63,262 bases of DNA, filler included, from Octopus bimaculoides (GCF_001194135.2; 4 parts of 4 records of this genome joined end to end with filler, not necessarily neighbours in it); one strand, 5' to 3'. Shown: positions 34,831 to 48,563, counted from the whole stretch's first letter. Notes: generated by a model from the letters alone, not told the origin. Made by a program: numbers and translations.

Positions 34831-35499
34831 GATCTTTTGTGCACAATTTCAAAAATAAAAAATAGAAAAAACACTAATAGAATGTTATATTTCTTTGAGA
34901 GACAAAGATCACAACTTCCTATTTTTAAAGAGATTCTCAATAAACTTTATATAGGTTTTTGCTTCACTGATTGCTTTAGAAAGACATTATTGTGAAGGCC
35001 TGAAGTAGTTATATAAAGAACTGTGTTTGTACTCCACAGTTTCTTCTGTTTATGTTGGCTATGGAAGCAGTGATGCTTTGATGTAACTGTAACTCACCTT
35101 AGCACTGTTTCTATTTAAGACCATATTATATCAGTAGCTTATAAGGAAATACTTATTAAAAACAATTAAAGAAAATTCTGACAACATTGGGATTAACATA
35201 TAAATATATGGGGGATTGTACCATATAATGAACAGTTCTCTTTTCATGTTTTTGTAGTCTTAGTGCCATCTTTGAAGCCATTGTTTTCTAATGTATCATT
35301 GTGATGTGCAGGATGGTTCTCCAAACTTGGATTATTTTCTACCTTATTGATAAAGGGAAGATTTCCTGAAATATAATTCTTTATTTATTGGATGCAAAAA
35401 CATTTAGAACAATGCAAAGACAGGCAACAGTGGGGACTTACATAGAAATGTGTGAACAATAAAAACAATAATAATTTGCAAAAACATCTTAACAAACAA

Positions 35500-36300
35500 A
35501 ATCCCCAACAGGGGGTAAAAACCACTACCCATGGACAACCAAAAAACCCTACAGCTCCCAAGCCACTCTACTCATCAAGAGTACCAAGGTAAGCGTTGCT
35601 CTCTCTTCTGTATTCCTGTCTACAGGCACCAACTTAGAATAGGCCCACTCACTTGGGTCATCCTCACCACATTCACCCACCTTTCAAAAAATTCACTGGG
35701 AGGCAGCATATCCCTTTCAACCTTTACCTTTCTTTTCAAATGGAATTTGAAAATGTTGAAGCTTTGGCTGAAGAGGAAAGTGTCTGTCTTCAGTCCTTTC
35801 AGTCTTGTCTACTGCACAGTCTCTTTCACACAGAGGTTAACCACCTGAATTTTTTGGCCAATGGAAGGTGGCAAGGCAATCTTTATGAAGGAGTTGACTG
35901 TTCGCTGGATCAGTCCTACACATGATAGCAGCTATCCAACAAAACTCAACATGTCAGCAATGCTTAAGCATCGCACAGTATGTGCAGGATTGTTTCATCA
36001 CTTTGTGTGCATTTCAGGCAGGCACAGCTGACAGCACTCCCATGCCTGTAGAGTTTGTCCTGATCAGGCAGAATTCCCCAGTAGCACCAGTCAGGGATTT
36101 CTGGAAATTATCTGTGAACATGAAAGTCCTCTGGAAAAGACCAGCCAACTGATTTTCATTGATACCTATAACTTCCCTACAGATGTTGTTACTCTTGCCT
36201 CCCACTAATCCCATGTTGGAACATTCACTGACAACAATGCCTGACAGAAGGCTGTGAGTGCCTGATAGCACTCAAGGTGTTAGGCACCCTACCTCAGTCT
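35500..36300 (-). mobile_element. L1/Tx1-clade LINE 3' fragment
   Basis: C-terminal CLKC-TQSDETILH-ILC zinc knuckle; KRKVKVERDML...FERWVNVVRM. 36130-36220 is homologous to 12100-12180. Confidence 0.75.
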
Positions 36301-36779
36301 ATACCTGATTCAAGACTGCAACTCTCTCAAAGAGATGAGCTGTGAAAATCATGTCTAATAAACAGCAATCACAACTGCTCATTGTTAAGGAAACACTAGA
36401 GATGTAACCTTGTAAATTCCAGCTTACACATTAGTTCTATAACCAGCATAGCCTTGGGTATTCTGAATGCAGTCATATCCAAACCTGAAGATACACAAGT
36501 GTTTTTGGTTTGGCTAGTATAGAGCATAAATGAATTTTTGAGGTTTACAACTCCAAAGTATCCTCCATAAAATAAGCAAAGCAGGATTCCTAAAGATGCA
36601 ATCCAGTGACTATTATTGTTTATTCTTGAGATTTATTGACTGATATGACAAAATTCAGGTAAGCTAGAAAGTGAGGTGTTCAAAAGGACATATCTTTCGA
36701 TATGAGTGAAATTCTGAGGGTTTTTCTTTTTGCTTCTTGTATTAGCTGAAGCCTGTGTTGTGGTAGAGCTGAAGTTCCT

Positions 36780-36950
36780 TAAAAATTCAAAAATTCTGCA
36801 GAATAATCAACTACTTCACCCTGACCCACAACAATGTCTACTAATTTGTAAACTTGACTATTTCCTGGAAGAACTTGTAACAGCTGCCAGTTGATGCAAG
36901 TAACTGTAACATTTTTGGTTTTAAAATATTGCTTTTCATAGTGGGGGTAA
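36780..36950 (-). mobile_element. Helitron helicase fragment
   Basis: INWQLLQVLPGNSQVYKLVDIVVGQGEVVDYSAEFLN resembles the PIF1 linker LPG..Y.S.D....YP.EFLN. Confidence 0.7.
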
Positions 36951-38499
36951 TCAATGGCACCAATCCCAGATTTGTTAGGAGAAATCAATGGAATCCATGC
37001 CAGATTTCAAATGGGTATTCAACATCAACCCCAGTATATGACTGGTACTTATTGGATTAACTCCAGAAAAACAAAGAAAAAAGTTTACTCTGACATAATA
37101 CAAAACCATTGCTTAATATGTTGCAACATCAGGCAAGAAGATAGCAGAAATAGTACATTTTTAGAATGGCTTACAGTCCTGAACCAATAGGTCAGGCATT
37201 CAAATTTTCTTAGAAACACACACACACACAAAACAAACGGAAGACAATAATAAAGATGAGATTAAAAATTAATGTGGTTTATGTTTTTTATTTTCAATAT
37301 TTAATGACTGATGTGATCCAGATCTGATTCTTAAATACCATAGACGAAGGACAGAAGAAAAACAATAGTTTCCAATGTAAGCACAAGGCCAGTAGTTGAG
37401 AAGAGGGGATCAATTAAAACTATAAAGCACAGTACTTGACTAGTACTTTACTTTGATGATCCCCTCCCACCAAAGTCTAGCAAGTTGACCTTGGCAGAAT
37501 CAACTGTGTCTTTCATCATTTTGAAGGTCAATATAATAAAATATCAGTTATATACTGAGGCCAACACATTGACTAATCACCTCCCCTCAAGATTTCTAGC
37601 CCTGTGCCTTAATAATAATAATAATAATAATAATAATAGTTTGGTCATGTGATGCAGATGGATGTGGATTGCATAAAAACATGCTGATCACTTAAAGTGG
37701 TGGGAAGTTGTGGAAGAGTAAGATCCAGAAAGATATGGGATGAAGTATTGAAGGCTGATCTCAAAATGCTAAGACTTGCAACTCCAAAGTATCCTCCATA
37801 AAATTGGCCATAAGCAAAGCAGGATTCCTAAAGATGCAATCCAGTGACTATTATTGTTTATTCTTGTGATTTATAGACTGACATGGATCAAGGTATGTGA
37901 TGCTTTGCCGAACTCAACAAGACCCACCCACCACAACAATTGAAAACCAAAATGCCACAAAAATGCATTGGTGTGGGTACTGGTGCCATGTAAAAAGCAC
38001 TGGGTCCACATAAAAAGCACCCAGTGTGCTCTGTAAAGTGGTTGGTGTTAGGAAAGGCATCCAGCTGTATGTAGAAACCAAGCCAAAACAGACTGTGGAA
38101 CCAAGCTGTCCAAAATCCCAAAAGGGATTTTTTCTGATACTGCAATGATTCTGCCAAAAAGGAATTTTTCTGACACTCTAATTGCCAGCCCAACACCTTA
38201 ATAATGATAGCAACAGTCTACATACACACACACTTGTGTGCATGCATGTGTATGTGCACACAGACACATATAGAGGAGATGCAAGTAGTATACATCTATT
38301 GAAATATATTAATAAGTATGTACAATGAGTGCTTAGATTGGTGTACCACTAAAACTCTGGCTTGAAATGAGAATGAGGTGTGGAAATTGCCTATCCAAAG
38401 TGGCTAGAAGTGGTACTTGATTCACTTTATTTGTATTTTAATTACCAAGTAAGTGTTCTTGAATAGCACCAAATGTTCCATTTTCAGGCTTGTCTACTA

Positions 38500-38770
38500 T
38501 GATAGAAATCCTCATTGACAGAAATTTTTGTTGGTTGGCCACATACACAGGATGGACAACAACAAATACTCCAGACAAATCCTTTACTCTCAATTATGCA
38601 AGGGGGAAAAGAAACCAGGGAATACCTAGACTGAGATTCAAAGATACTGCAAAAATGAGCATGGTGGAAAGGAACCGATCATAATAAATGGCAAACCCAA
38701 ATGAAAAACCAACCAGTATCGAGAAAGCTTATCAAGTCATGCCAAAGCCATAAACAATCATAGTCGCAAT
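38500..38770 (+). mobile_element. RTE (BovB-like) C-terminal fragment
   Basis: (P)RQILYSQLCKGKRNQGIPRLRFKDTAK, read across a frameshift. Confidence 0.65.
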
Positions 38771-38799
38771 GACTGACTGCAGAATAATAATAAAATACA

Positions 38800-39470
38800 C
38801 ACCTGGTGTAAGCTATGGACACATAAGAGATGCAGCAATATCAGAGGAAGTTTAACAGCGAAAATAGCTTTTGTGTGTGGAAGATGCACAGGTACAATAA
38901 ACACTGAAAATGTGCAGAAAATAGACTCCATCAACTGCTAGTGGGGTAAGCTAGAGGTAGTAGATAGCTTCCATTATCTAGGTGATGAAGTTAGTAGCGG
39001 AGGTGGATGCTCTGAGAGTGTAGTTGTGAGAATAAGAATAAGCTGGGCCAAGTTCAGATAGTTCCTACCTCTGCTGGCAACAAAGGGCCTCTCCCTAGAG
39101 TGAAAGACATTGTATGATACCTGTGTGTGAACAGCAATGCAACACAGCAGTGACACATGGGCTGTGACAACCAAGGACATGCATAGGCTTGAAAGAAACG
39201 AAGCCAGTATGCTTCGCTGGATGTGCAATGTCAGTGTGCATGTACCACAGAGTGTATGCATCTTGAGAGAAAAGTTGGGCATAAGAAGTATCAGATGTAG
39301 TGTGCAAGAGAAACAACTGAGCTATATGGTCATGTGATGTGCATGGATGAGGACATGTAAAGAAGTGCCGATCTCTGACTGTAGAGGGAAACAGTGATAG
39401 AGGTAGACCCAGGAAGACATGGGACAAGGTGATGAAACTTGATCTTTGGAAGGGGTGCCAGAACAAACTC
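38800..39470 (+). mobile_element. RTE LINE 3' ORF fragment (same family as 23591-26120)
   Basis: Matches 25845-26120, then continues LYDTCV*TAMQHSSDTWAV...EASMLRWMC...GRPRKTWDKV. Confidence 0.88.
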
Positions 39471-40351
39471 TCAAGTTAAAAAAAGGTGAGTATGGACAGT
39501 GGATTATCTTTTCACATACACTTCTCACTCACAATATCCTGATTTTCTCTGATACATTGTCTTGCAAACCAAAATATCTCATATCTCTGATCCTCATGTT
39601 GAACAAACAAATTTCCTACTTTCTGCTTCTCCCTTTGCTGTGTAAACCTTTCTCCCACACTACTCTTCTGGCTACCTCATAAAATTCTCTGTCATTTCTA
39701 GTTTTCCAGTCTTTCCAAGCCTGTCTTTACACTTTTATAGCTCTGTCTACTTCACTGTTGCACCACCACACCAACTTTGGTCTGGCCAAAACTTTGCATC
39801 AGCCTCAGGTTTGGTCTGTAGCCTTCAGTAGTTTGTCCTGTAGCAAATTTCAATTGTTCTCTATGTCAAATGCTTCCACTCAATTTCTCTAACTTTCTGA
39901 CTATTTACTGGGTCTTTAAGCTTCCATATCTTCCTTTTCTAGACAGGTTTGTTTTTCTGAGTCCTTGTAGCTCTGAGTTTGAAGTCACTAACTACTCACT
40001 TATGTTGGATTGTACATTTTTCACTAAAGAAAGATTGCATTTACAAGCACCTGTCCATCTCATATTCTGGAGAAAATGTAGTTAATCTTGCTTGTGCACC
40101 TACCATATTGATAGGTAATCAAGTGGATGGCTAATATCCTAAAATTCCTGTGGTAGATCATCAAGTCATTTGCATCACAGAATTCCAGCAGATATGTTCC
40201 TTCCCTTCTCCCACATACATGCACACATACACACATAATTCTATGGCATCAATCTGCACCTGGAAAGTTTTGCTTCAGTTTCTCTTAGCAGAGCAGTACC
40301 TACTGTGGCTGTCTGTTCATCTATAGATATTTGTCTAAACAAATACACTCA

Positions 40352-40405
<54 letters not shown>

Positions 40406-41728
40406 AATACACACACACAATATGTTCAAAAGCTGGAAAGAAATGTAGAAAGCATGCTCTGCGAAATGTGTCATATTAGTAAGCGTTAGTGATGTGGCAC
40501 AGATAGATTGAGAGAAAAACTAGGTTCAAGAGGAATGAGATGTAGTGTGTAACAGAAACAACTGAACTGATATGAACATGTCATGTCTATGGATGATATG
40601 GGTAAAGATATGGGTAAAGAATTTCCAGTAGATACAAATGGAGAAAAGCTGTAGAAGGGAGAGATATGGACAGAAGTAATGAAAAGTGATTACAGGATGG
40701 CAAACATCACAAAGGACAAAGGAATGCAGCTAATGACATGTTGCTATTTATTTTGAAAGGTTCCTGTCCAACCCATGCAAGCATAAAAAGCAGTAAAAAA
40801 ATTATGATGATGTGAGTGACATTACATGCTTGAAGAAACATGGTTAGACCTCTTGTCTTTGGAATGATTTTTGCTGGACTCAGTATTGTAATAAAACACA
40901 CACATGTAGATTCCTTTTCATGAAAAAACTGCATAGTAGTTCTCATTGCAAACTGTAGACAAGCCTGTTATTGCACAAACATTTACCATGAAACACATAC
41001 AGTTCTGAAATGTTATTACCAAGTTTCTTTCTTAGTGACTTTGGTTTTGCTGCCAGCATTTTGTTGCAGGAAGAAATTCACTAAAGAATACAACAACGGG
41101 CTGGAAAAAAAAAAGAATGGAGAAAATACAGTTTAATAATTCTGCAATGATATTTTTCTCTTCTCAGTTAAACAATGTTATACGACAGAACAAAATATAT
41201 AAAAGTTCCTTTGCTTGATTTTCTCAATTCAAATCTTAGAGAGCCTATAACCTACAGTATAAAAAACAAGGAACACATTAATTAATGTATTCCTAGATAT
41301 ATGAAAAAAGTGGGTCAAATTTGAAATGTTTTTCATCATAGATCTGCTGAATGTAAGCTGAAACTAAACTACCACCACAGCAGTTTACGGTTGAGAGAGT
41401 ACAAGAGAATCACCGAGGTCAATTTACACAATTCGATCAACTCCACCAAATATGACTCCTGTGGTAATGATTCTGCCAGCTTACCCTCACTGCCTTACAT
41501 ACCATATATACATTAAACACACAAACACTCACATAAATAGCATATATAGACCTTACATATATATCATATATGGATTATGCATATCTGTTAATATGCATAC
41601 ATTTTAGATATATACAATATACATACATACTTACATACATATACATATATATATATATATACATATATNNNNNNNNNNNNNNNNNNNNNNNNNNNNNNNN
41701 NNNATATATGTATATATATATATATATA

Positions 41729-43000
41729 TTGGGTCATCCCATAAATAATGTTTTTTTTTTCAATTGCATGAACTTAAAATCAGAAGGGGACAGGATAAAC
41801 TACCTGCATCAACTTGCTATAAAAGCAGGTAGTAATTTTGTCTTGTCCTTATTCTTAGTGAAAATTTTGAAGAGTGCAGTTCGATTTTAACAGCTATTTT
41901 TTTTTCAAAGCTATAATGGAAGTGACAAAAGAGCATATTTGGCATATTTGCTTTATGAGTTCAATAAAGGCAACAATGCAATGGAAAGTGCAAAGAATAT
42001 TAACGCAGTATATGGGGAATGGACAAAAGTGTAAGCCAGTATCAACGGTGGTTCCAGAAATTCCGAGCAGGAAACTACAGCCTAGAAGATGAGCCTTGTC
42101 TTGGAAGATTCATAGAGCTTGACAAAGATGTCCTGCAAACTCTGGTGGAACAAAATTGTATCATAACTGTTGAGGCACAAGCAGAGAGGCTTGGATTTGG
42201 TCATTCAAACATTCATCAACACCTGTGTGTCATCGGAAAAGTCAGCAAATTGGGTCAATGTATTCCACACAAACTTTCCAAGTCTCATCGCATGCAAAGA
42301 GTGAACGTGTGCTCTTCTTTGCTGTCACATCTCACAAATGAACTTTTTTTGGACTGAATAGCGCCTGGTGGTGAGAAATGGGTTCTCTTTAAAAATGACA
42401 ATGGGTCGGGAAAGGAGAAACACTGGCACCCCAGGCTGAAGAATATTTTCACCCACGTAAGGTGTTGTTATCTATTTGGTGGGATATGAAAGGTTAAGTC
42501 CACTTTGAACTTTTGAACCCAGACCAAATGATAACAAAGGAGATCTTCTGTGAATAGCTTGACTGGCTTAAGTCAGTGCTAGAAGAAAAATGACCATCTT
42601 TGGTTTCAAGACGAAAGGTGTTCTTCCATCAGGATAATGCTCAGCCAAATACAGTAATGACGACATTCCAAAGGCTGGAGCAGTTTAAATGGGAAACGAT
42701 GTACCCCCACCCAGCATATTTGTCGAACATTGCCATATCTGATTATCATTTATTCCACAGTCTTCAAAATCATTTGGATAGAAAAAATAAGAATTCTGTA
42801 GACAAGGTCAGAACAGCACTGGAGGAGTATTTTTCATGACAGACAAGTGAATTTTAGAAGAGGTGCCTTGCAAGTCTACCAGATAGATGGAAAAGCATTA
42901 TAGAAAATGAAGGAGAGTATATTTCAGATTAAAAAAGAACTTTGTCTATCTTAATTTTGAAAAATAAAAGAAATATAAAAAAAAATCACATTATTTATGT
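41729..43000 (+). mobile_element. Near full-length mariner element, decayed
   Basis: TA-ttgggtcatcccataaataatg left TIR; MEVTKEHI...EFNKGNNA...YQRWFQKFRAGNYSLEDEP...CIPHKLS...HQDNAQP...HPAYLSNIAISDYHLF. Confidence 0.9.
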
Positions 43001-43299
43001 ATATATATACACACACGCACATATAAATGTGAGACTGGACTGGCACATAGTGACCAGTACATATGCAAGATTTATTTGACTGGCATGCAGAGACCAACAC
43101 TTCCAGCAAACCAAAACCACATGATATGGGCACCGATGACATGATTCTCATCTGCTATAAGGTATGTACTTTTATATACCAAGAACCTATAAGTATTTGG
43201 TGTTCTAATAAGGCATCTATGTTTAGATGGATATGAAGATTACCTTTTGGTATTAATACAGCTTTTATTGCTAATAATTAATATTTATAAATATGTATG

Positions 43300-43369
<70 letters not shown>

Positions 43370-43439
43370 AAGTTTAGGTTAGTGAAAATATGTTTGTGAC
43401 ATATTTCAACTTCTAAATGCAAGATCACTGCAGTTACTC

Positions 43440-43745
43440 ATCATCATCATTTAATGTCCATTGTCCATGCTGTCATGAGTTGGATGGTTTGACCAGGCCT
43501 GGCAAGCTGGAAGGCTGCACCAGATTCCAGTCTGATTTGGCATGGTTTCTACAGCTGGATGCACTTCCTAATGCCAACCACTCTGAGAGTGTAATGAGTG
43601 CTTTTACATGCCACTGGCATGAATGTCATTTGCGTGACACCAGTATCTGCCACAACTGTGATTTTACTTGGCTTGATGGGTCTTTTTCTCAAGCATGACA
43701 TAATGCCAGGTCTCGGTCATTGCCTCTGTGAGGCCCCACACTCGA
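43440..43745 (-). mobile_element. RTE LINE 3' UTR
   Basis: Tail catcatcatcatttaatgtcc and body homologous to 8240-8670. Confidence 0.8.
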
Positions 43746-43949
43746 AAGAAGTACTGTGAAGAAAAAATTCTTTCTTATGGTAAAAAGTGTAAAACATATC
43801 TACTTAGTGCAGCTGAAATTTATAAATATATCACAAATATATTTTAACTAACCTAAAGTTTGCTTATGCTTAATCCCTGCATGGCACTGAAACTGCTTAA
43901 GAAAGTATATCTAAAGAAACTGACTGAAAAAACAAAACACCTATATATA

Positions 43950-45186
43950 TCAGGTTGATTAAAGTAAGCAACATTTTGAACCATGAAGAATTTGTACTGG
44001 ACTTTTTTGGGGATTTTTTAAAACAGATTTTTACAATTGTCTGATAATACAGACATAAACTTGCCTAAATGTATCATTAAATTAACATTGATATTTTTTT
44101 CACTATTGTTACAATCATCTGAAATGGAACTGTCAAAACGCGATATTTGAGCAATTTTGCTATTCAACTTCAAAAAAGGATGTAAAGCAGCTGAAACTGC
44201 TTGCGATATCAACGAAACGTTTGGTGAGGGAATGACCAGTGAGTGGTCAGCTCAAAAATGGCTTAAATGATTTTGCAGTGGAGACCTGAGCCTTGAAGAT
44301 CGTGAGCATAGTGGACGCCCATCTGTCAACGATGACAGTCAATTAAAGACCGTCATTGAGAAAGATCTATGTAAAATCACTCAAGAACTGACAAAAGAAC
44401 TTCAAGTTAGTTAGAAAACTGCCTGCAACTATTTGCATGTGATTGCAAAATCAAAAATGCTTGACAAATGGGTACCACATGATTTGAATGAAAATCAGAA
44501 AATGAGCACATATGAAATTTGCTCATCGCTTCTTCTCTGTAACCAGATTGTAACTTGCAAAGTAAAGTGGATTCTGTACTATAATAAAAGACGTTCTTTG
44601 CAGTGGTTGGAAAAAATGAAGTACCAAAAACCTTCCCTAAACCTGAGCTCTTCAAAAAGAAGGTATAGTGACTGTTTGATGATGTACTGCTGGACTCATC
44701 CACTATAACTTCTTAAAACCAGGAAAAACTATTACTGCAGAAACATACTGCCATGAAATTGCCAAAATGAATGAAAAACTGCTACTCCTCTGTCCCAGAC
44801 TGGTCAATCATTCTTCATGACAATGCTTGACCAGATGTTTCACTTATGATGCTCGAGAAGTTGTGGGAACTTGGTTACAAATTTTTCCCCACTCAGCTTA
44901 TTTCCCAGACCTTTCTCCTACCAACTATCACTTTTTCAAGCACCTTGATGGTTTCCTGCAAGAGGAGTTAAAAAATGAAACCGATGCTGAAAGTGCATTC
45001 AGAGATTTCATCAGTTTTAGAACTCCAGATTTTTATGTTACCAGAATAAACAAATTTGTAACTCGTTGGCAAAAATGTGTTGATTGTAATGGTACTTACT
45101 TTGATGAATAAAATTTCTGCATTGTTGAAATATATTTTGATGAATTAAATGTTTCAAAATGTTGCTTACTTATTATTCAGTCTCAT
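43950..45186 (+). mobile_element. Near full-length mariner element (Hsmar1-like), decayed
   Basis: 19-bp inverted match aagtaagcaacattttgaa at both ends; MELSKRDI...FNFKKGCKAAETA...WVPHDLNENQK...HSAYFPDLSPTNYHFFKHLD. Confidence 0.9.
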
Positions 45187-45195
45187 ATATATATA

Positions 45196-45357
45196 CTAGC
45201 AGAGCCACCCGGCATTGCCCGGGAATGAAATTGTTGCTTATTGGTACTTGGAAACTTTTACGAAAATTAAAATGGAGATTAAATGAAAAAAATTATTTAC
45301 TTGAATATCCTCACAAGAGTAATTGAAACAAATGGCGATTGTGGAACCCCCTATGCA

Positions 45358-45389
<32 letters not shown>

Positions 45390-46505
45390 CAGAGTACTAC
45401 ACATCAGATGAAATGGATGTGTGTGTGTGTGTGTGTGACAGAGAGAGAGAGAGAGAGAGATTGAGAGAGAGGGGTTTGTTATGTATACGTACATGCATAA
45501 ATATGCATACATCTTTGTGTGTGAGTGTGTATGTGTGCATGTGTATGAGAACTGCTGGATCATAATTGAAAGCTGCTTCATAGAAGTTGCTTCTCTGAGC
45601 TGTTGCAACTGCTCTTCGTTCTGCAGTGGAGATCCTATTCCTTGTCAGCCATGCATACCTCTGTTCATCACTTTCAGATGCTCTGGCTTTTGTAGTGCAC
45701 AGTGTGTTCTTTTCTTGGTGTGCTTCCCTTTCTGCAGCTGTCTCTCTTTTTCTGGTCAGACACGTTCTTTTGGCTGACCTTGATTTTATAGACAAATTTG
45801 ACATTTTCCTTCTAGGCATGGTTATATATGTATACAGAAATACACGAGTGTAGAAGATAGTAAACAATGAAAATAACTTGGTAACAGAAATTATGTTTCT
45901 TAATACGACAGGCAGAAAGTCAATAAGAAATTTTAACGAAAAATAAAGTATTGTACAGGTTGAAGCGAAATTTNNNNNNNNNNNNNNNNNNNNNNNNNNN
46001 NNNNNNNNNNNNNNNNNNNNNNNNNNNNNNNNNNNNNNNNNNNNNNNNNNNNNNNNNNNNNNNNNNNNNNNNNNNNNNNNNNNNNNNNNNNNNNNNNNNN
46101 NNNNNNNNNNNNNNNNNNNNNNNNNNNNNNNNNNNNNNNNNNNNNNNNNNNNNNNNNNNNNNNNNNNNNNNNNNNNNNNNNNNNNNNNNNNNNNNNNNNN
46201 NNNNNNNNNNNNNNNNNNNNNNNNNNNNNNNNNNNNNNNNNNAAACTTTTAGTGAGAACAGTAACGATTGAAGTTAAAGTGAAAAAAAAAAAACTATGGC
46301 TACCGGAAGTCGACATTGAGGAACCTTTTTAAGGAAGTGAATCTTAAATATAAAGCAATATTATTTATTTTTAATAAAAAAAAATCAAATGAAGAGCTTA
46401 ACATTTATCCAAGTCAAATTATTCATGCATCACAAGTATGGAAGTAAATGGTGAAGCCGTTTTCCCGTGATAAGCGATTACACATACATCTCTATTTTAT
46501 ATATT

Positions 46506-46508
<3 letters not shown>
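45196..46508 (-). mobile_element. Internally deleted Helitron with both termini and Rep N-terminal ORF
   Basis: A|TC start at 46508; hairpin cccgggcaatgccggg and CTAG|T end at 45196; ORF MPRRKMSNL...YEAAFNYDP. Confidence 0.85.
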
Positions 46509-46562
<54 letters not shown>

Positions 46563-47269
46563 TACATATATTGGGAAGGCCCTGCCTTAGCACTCAAATT
46601 TACATCAAGAGTTTTGCAAACCAAATACAAAAACAATATATATATATATGAGTGTGTGTCCATGTGTGTGTATGTATGCCAAACACTAGTTTTCTTCTTT
46701 AAGCCCAATACTTCAGCCCTGATCAGTTTCAGGTTATACATAACTCAGGATTTACCAACACTGAAGTACTACAGGCCTGCAGACTTGTGGACTGATTGCT
46801 ACCAGAGTATAATTCACATGTCATAGATAGATATGCTATCACATGCACATAAACATCCTAAATTGTATCTACAAGATTAACATATTAACAAAAATTGTCA
46901 CCTTCCACCAACTTAACAACACAAAAACAATAGTTAAATAGGAGGGGTATACAAAGACTTACACACTGCTGGTCTCTAAATCTTCAGCCATGTTGAGTTC
47001 ATTCTTGATAAATTCTCTGTCTAAACGAGTTTCAGACTGACCAGCCTCTGTAAGAATGATTATAACAAATAACATTAATGAAATATCAATACTAATTATA
47101 TTTACAATGAAGCAGGTGAACAACTAGAGATAAACAAACACCATTGTACCTTCATTTGTCTCTTCAATTTATAACCTAAACTTGGGATAAATAAATACTG
47201 ATTTCTTTTTATCTTAATCATTCTATTTAATTTCTTATTTTCAAAATGTAAAACTTATTCATAAATTCT

Positions 47270-47620
47270 ATTTTACTCTATCTTTTACTTGTTTCAGTCA
47301 TTAAACTGTGGCCATGCTGGGGTACTGCCTTGAGGAATTTTAGTCAAACTAATCAATCCCAGTACTTATTTTCTTTTTAAGGCTGGTACTTATTCTATTG
47401 ATCTCTTTGCCAAACCGCTAAGTTATGAAACATAAATACACCAACATCACTTGTCAAGTGGTGGTGACATACACATACAACAGGCTTCTTTCAGTTTCCA
47501 TTTGCCAAATCCACTCAAAAGGCTTTGGTTAGCCCAGGGCTATGATAGAAGACACTTGCTCAAGATGCTATGCAGTGGGAGTCAACCTGGAACAATGTGG
47601 TTGAGAAGTAGACATGACTG
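47270..47620 (-). mobile_element. Degenerate full-length SINE
   Basis: Colinear with 49331-49726. Confidence 0.8.
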
Positions 47621-48329
47621 TGCCTATATTTATGTTCAAAAAGGAATATTCTGGAAAGCAATATTGTCCTTTTAATAGAATAGACATAAGTTTGTATACT
47701 ATGAGAGGATTAGAGTTCTTGATGTTTCGGGTGGGGAACCTTCTTCAAATAAGAACTTTACTATGTATGTCATTACAAGTTTTTGGGGGATGTTTTTTTC
47801 TGTTGTGACAAGTCATTGTTAGATATTACTTTACACAGAACTTAACGTTTGATTTGTATTTCAGACAAATTTTTCACCACAATTTGTCAATGGTTTAACA
47901 GCATTCCATTGCTGACAGGTGTGTTTAGTGATAGCCACTCTGTTGTCAGGGTTCATAGTGCTACACCTCACCTGGCATATAGCTTGTGTAATACCTATCC
48001 AGTTACAGCACAATTATTAAATAACTAATATCAAGCGTTTCCTGGCTTATAATTTTCTTAACACCTGTTGCAATTAAACACTAGTTAAACTAAATTCATA
48101 TTATCTTTCCAAATTTCTTTACCTAATATTTTATTTATTTAATTTATTCTATCATTTATTACAGTATCTATTATTCATTTCATTCACATGTGCTATAATT
48201 CACTCTACTCTAACCTGATGAAAAGTTATATTTTATTTATTTATTTCCTTATCAATGAAGTTCTCAGCTCACTTATCCTTCTGTATATATGTCTTATGAC
48301 AATGTGTGTGTATGTGTCCCCATTTATAT

Positions 48330-48563
48330 CATCATCATCATCATCATCATCGTTTAACGTCCGCTTTCCATGCTAGCATGGGTTGGACGATTTGACTGAG
48401 GACTGGTGAAACCGGATGGCAACACCAGGCTCCAGTCTGATTTAGCAGAGTTTCTACAGCTGGATGCCCTTCCTAACGCCAACCACTCAGAGAGTGTAGT
48501 GGGTGCTTTTACGTGTCACCCGCACGAAAACGGCCACGCTCAAAATGGTGTCTTTTATGTGCC
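48330..48563 (-). mobile_element. RTE LINE 3' UTR, young copy
   Basis: Near-identical to the reverse complement of 18050-18230; (CAT)n tail. Confidence 0.85.

Noticed and set aside
35312-35376. Phase-1 candidate exon GWFSKLGLFSTLLIKGRFPEI* containing FSKL and GxFP, as selenoprotein exon 3
   Set aside because: Lacks the conserved FE(I/V)xxNG strand, FSKL-to-GxFP spacing is about 8 residues too long, and the acceptor is weak; probably chance.
39500-40100. Pyrimidine-rich stretch as a possible CR1/L2 fragment
   Set aside because: No diagnostic RT motif could be read.
43040-43149. Minus-strand segment DENHVIGAHIMWFWFAGSVGLC resembling a membrane-protein exon
   Set aside because: No convincing donor before the stop, and its phase does not fit the neighbouring candidate exon.
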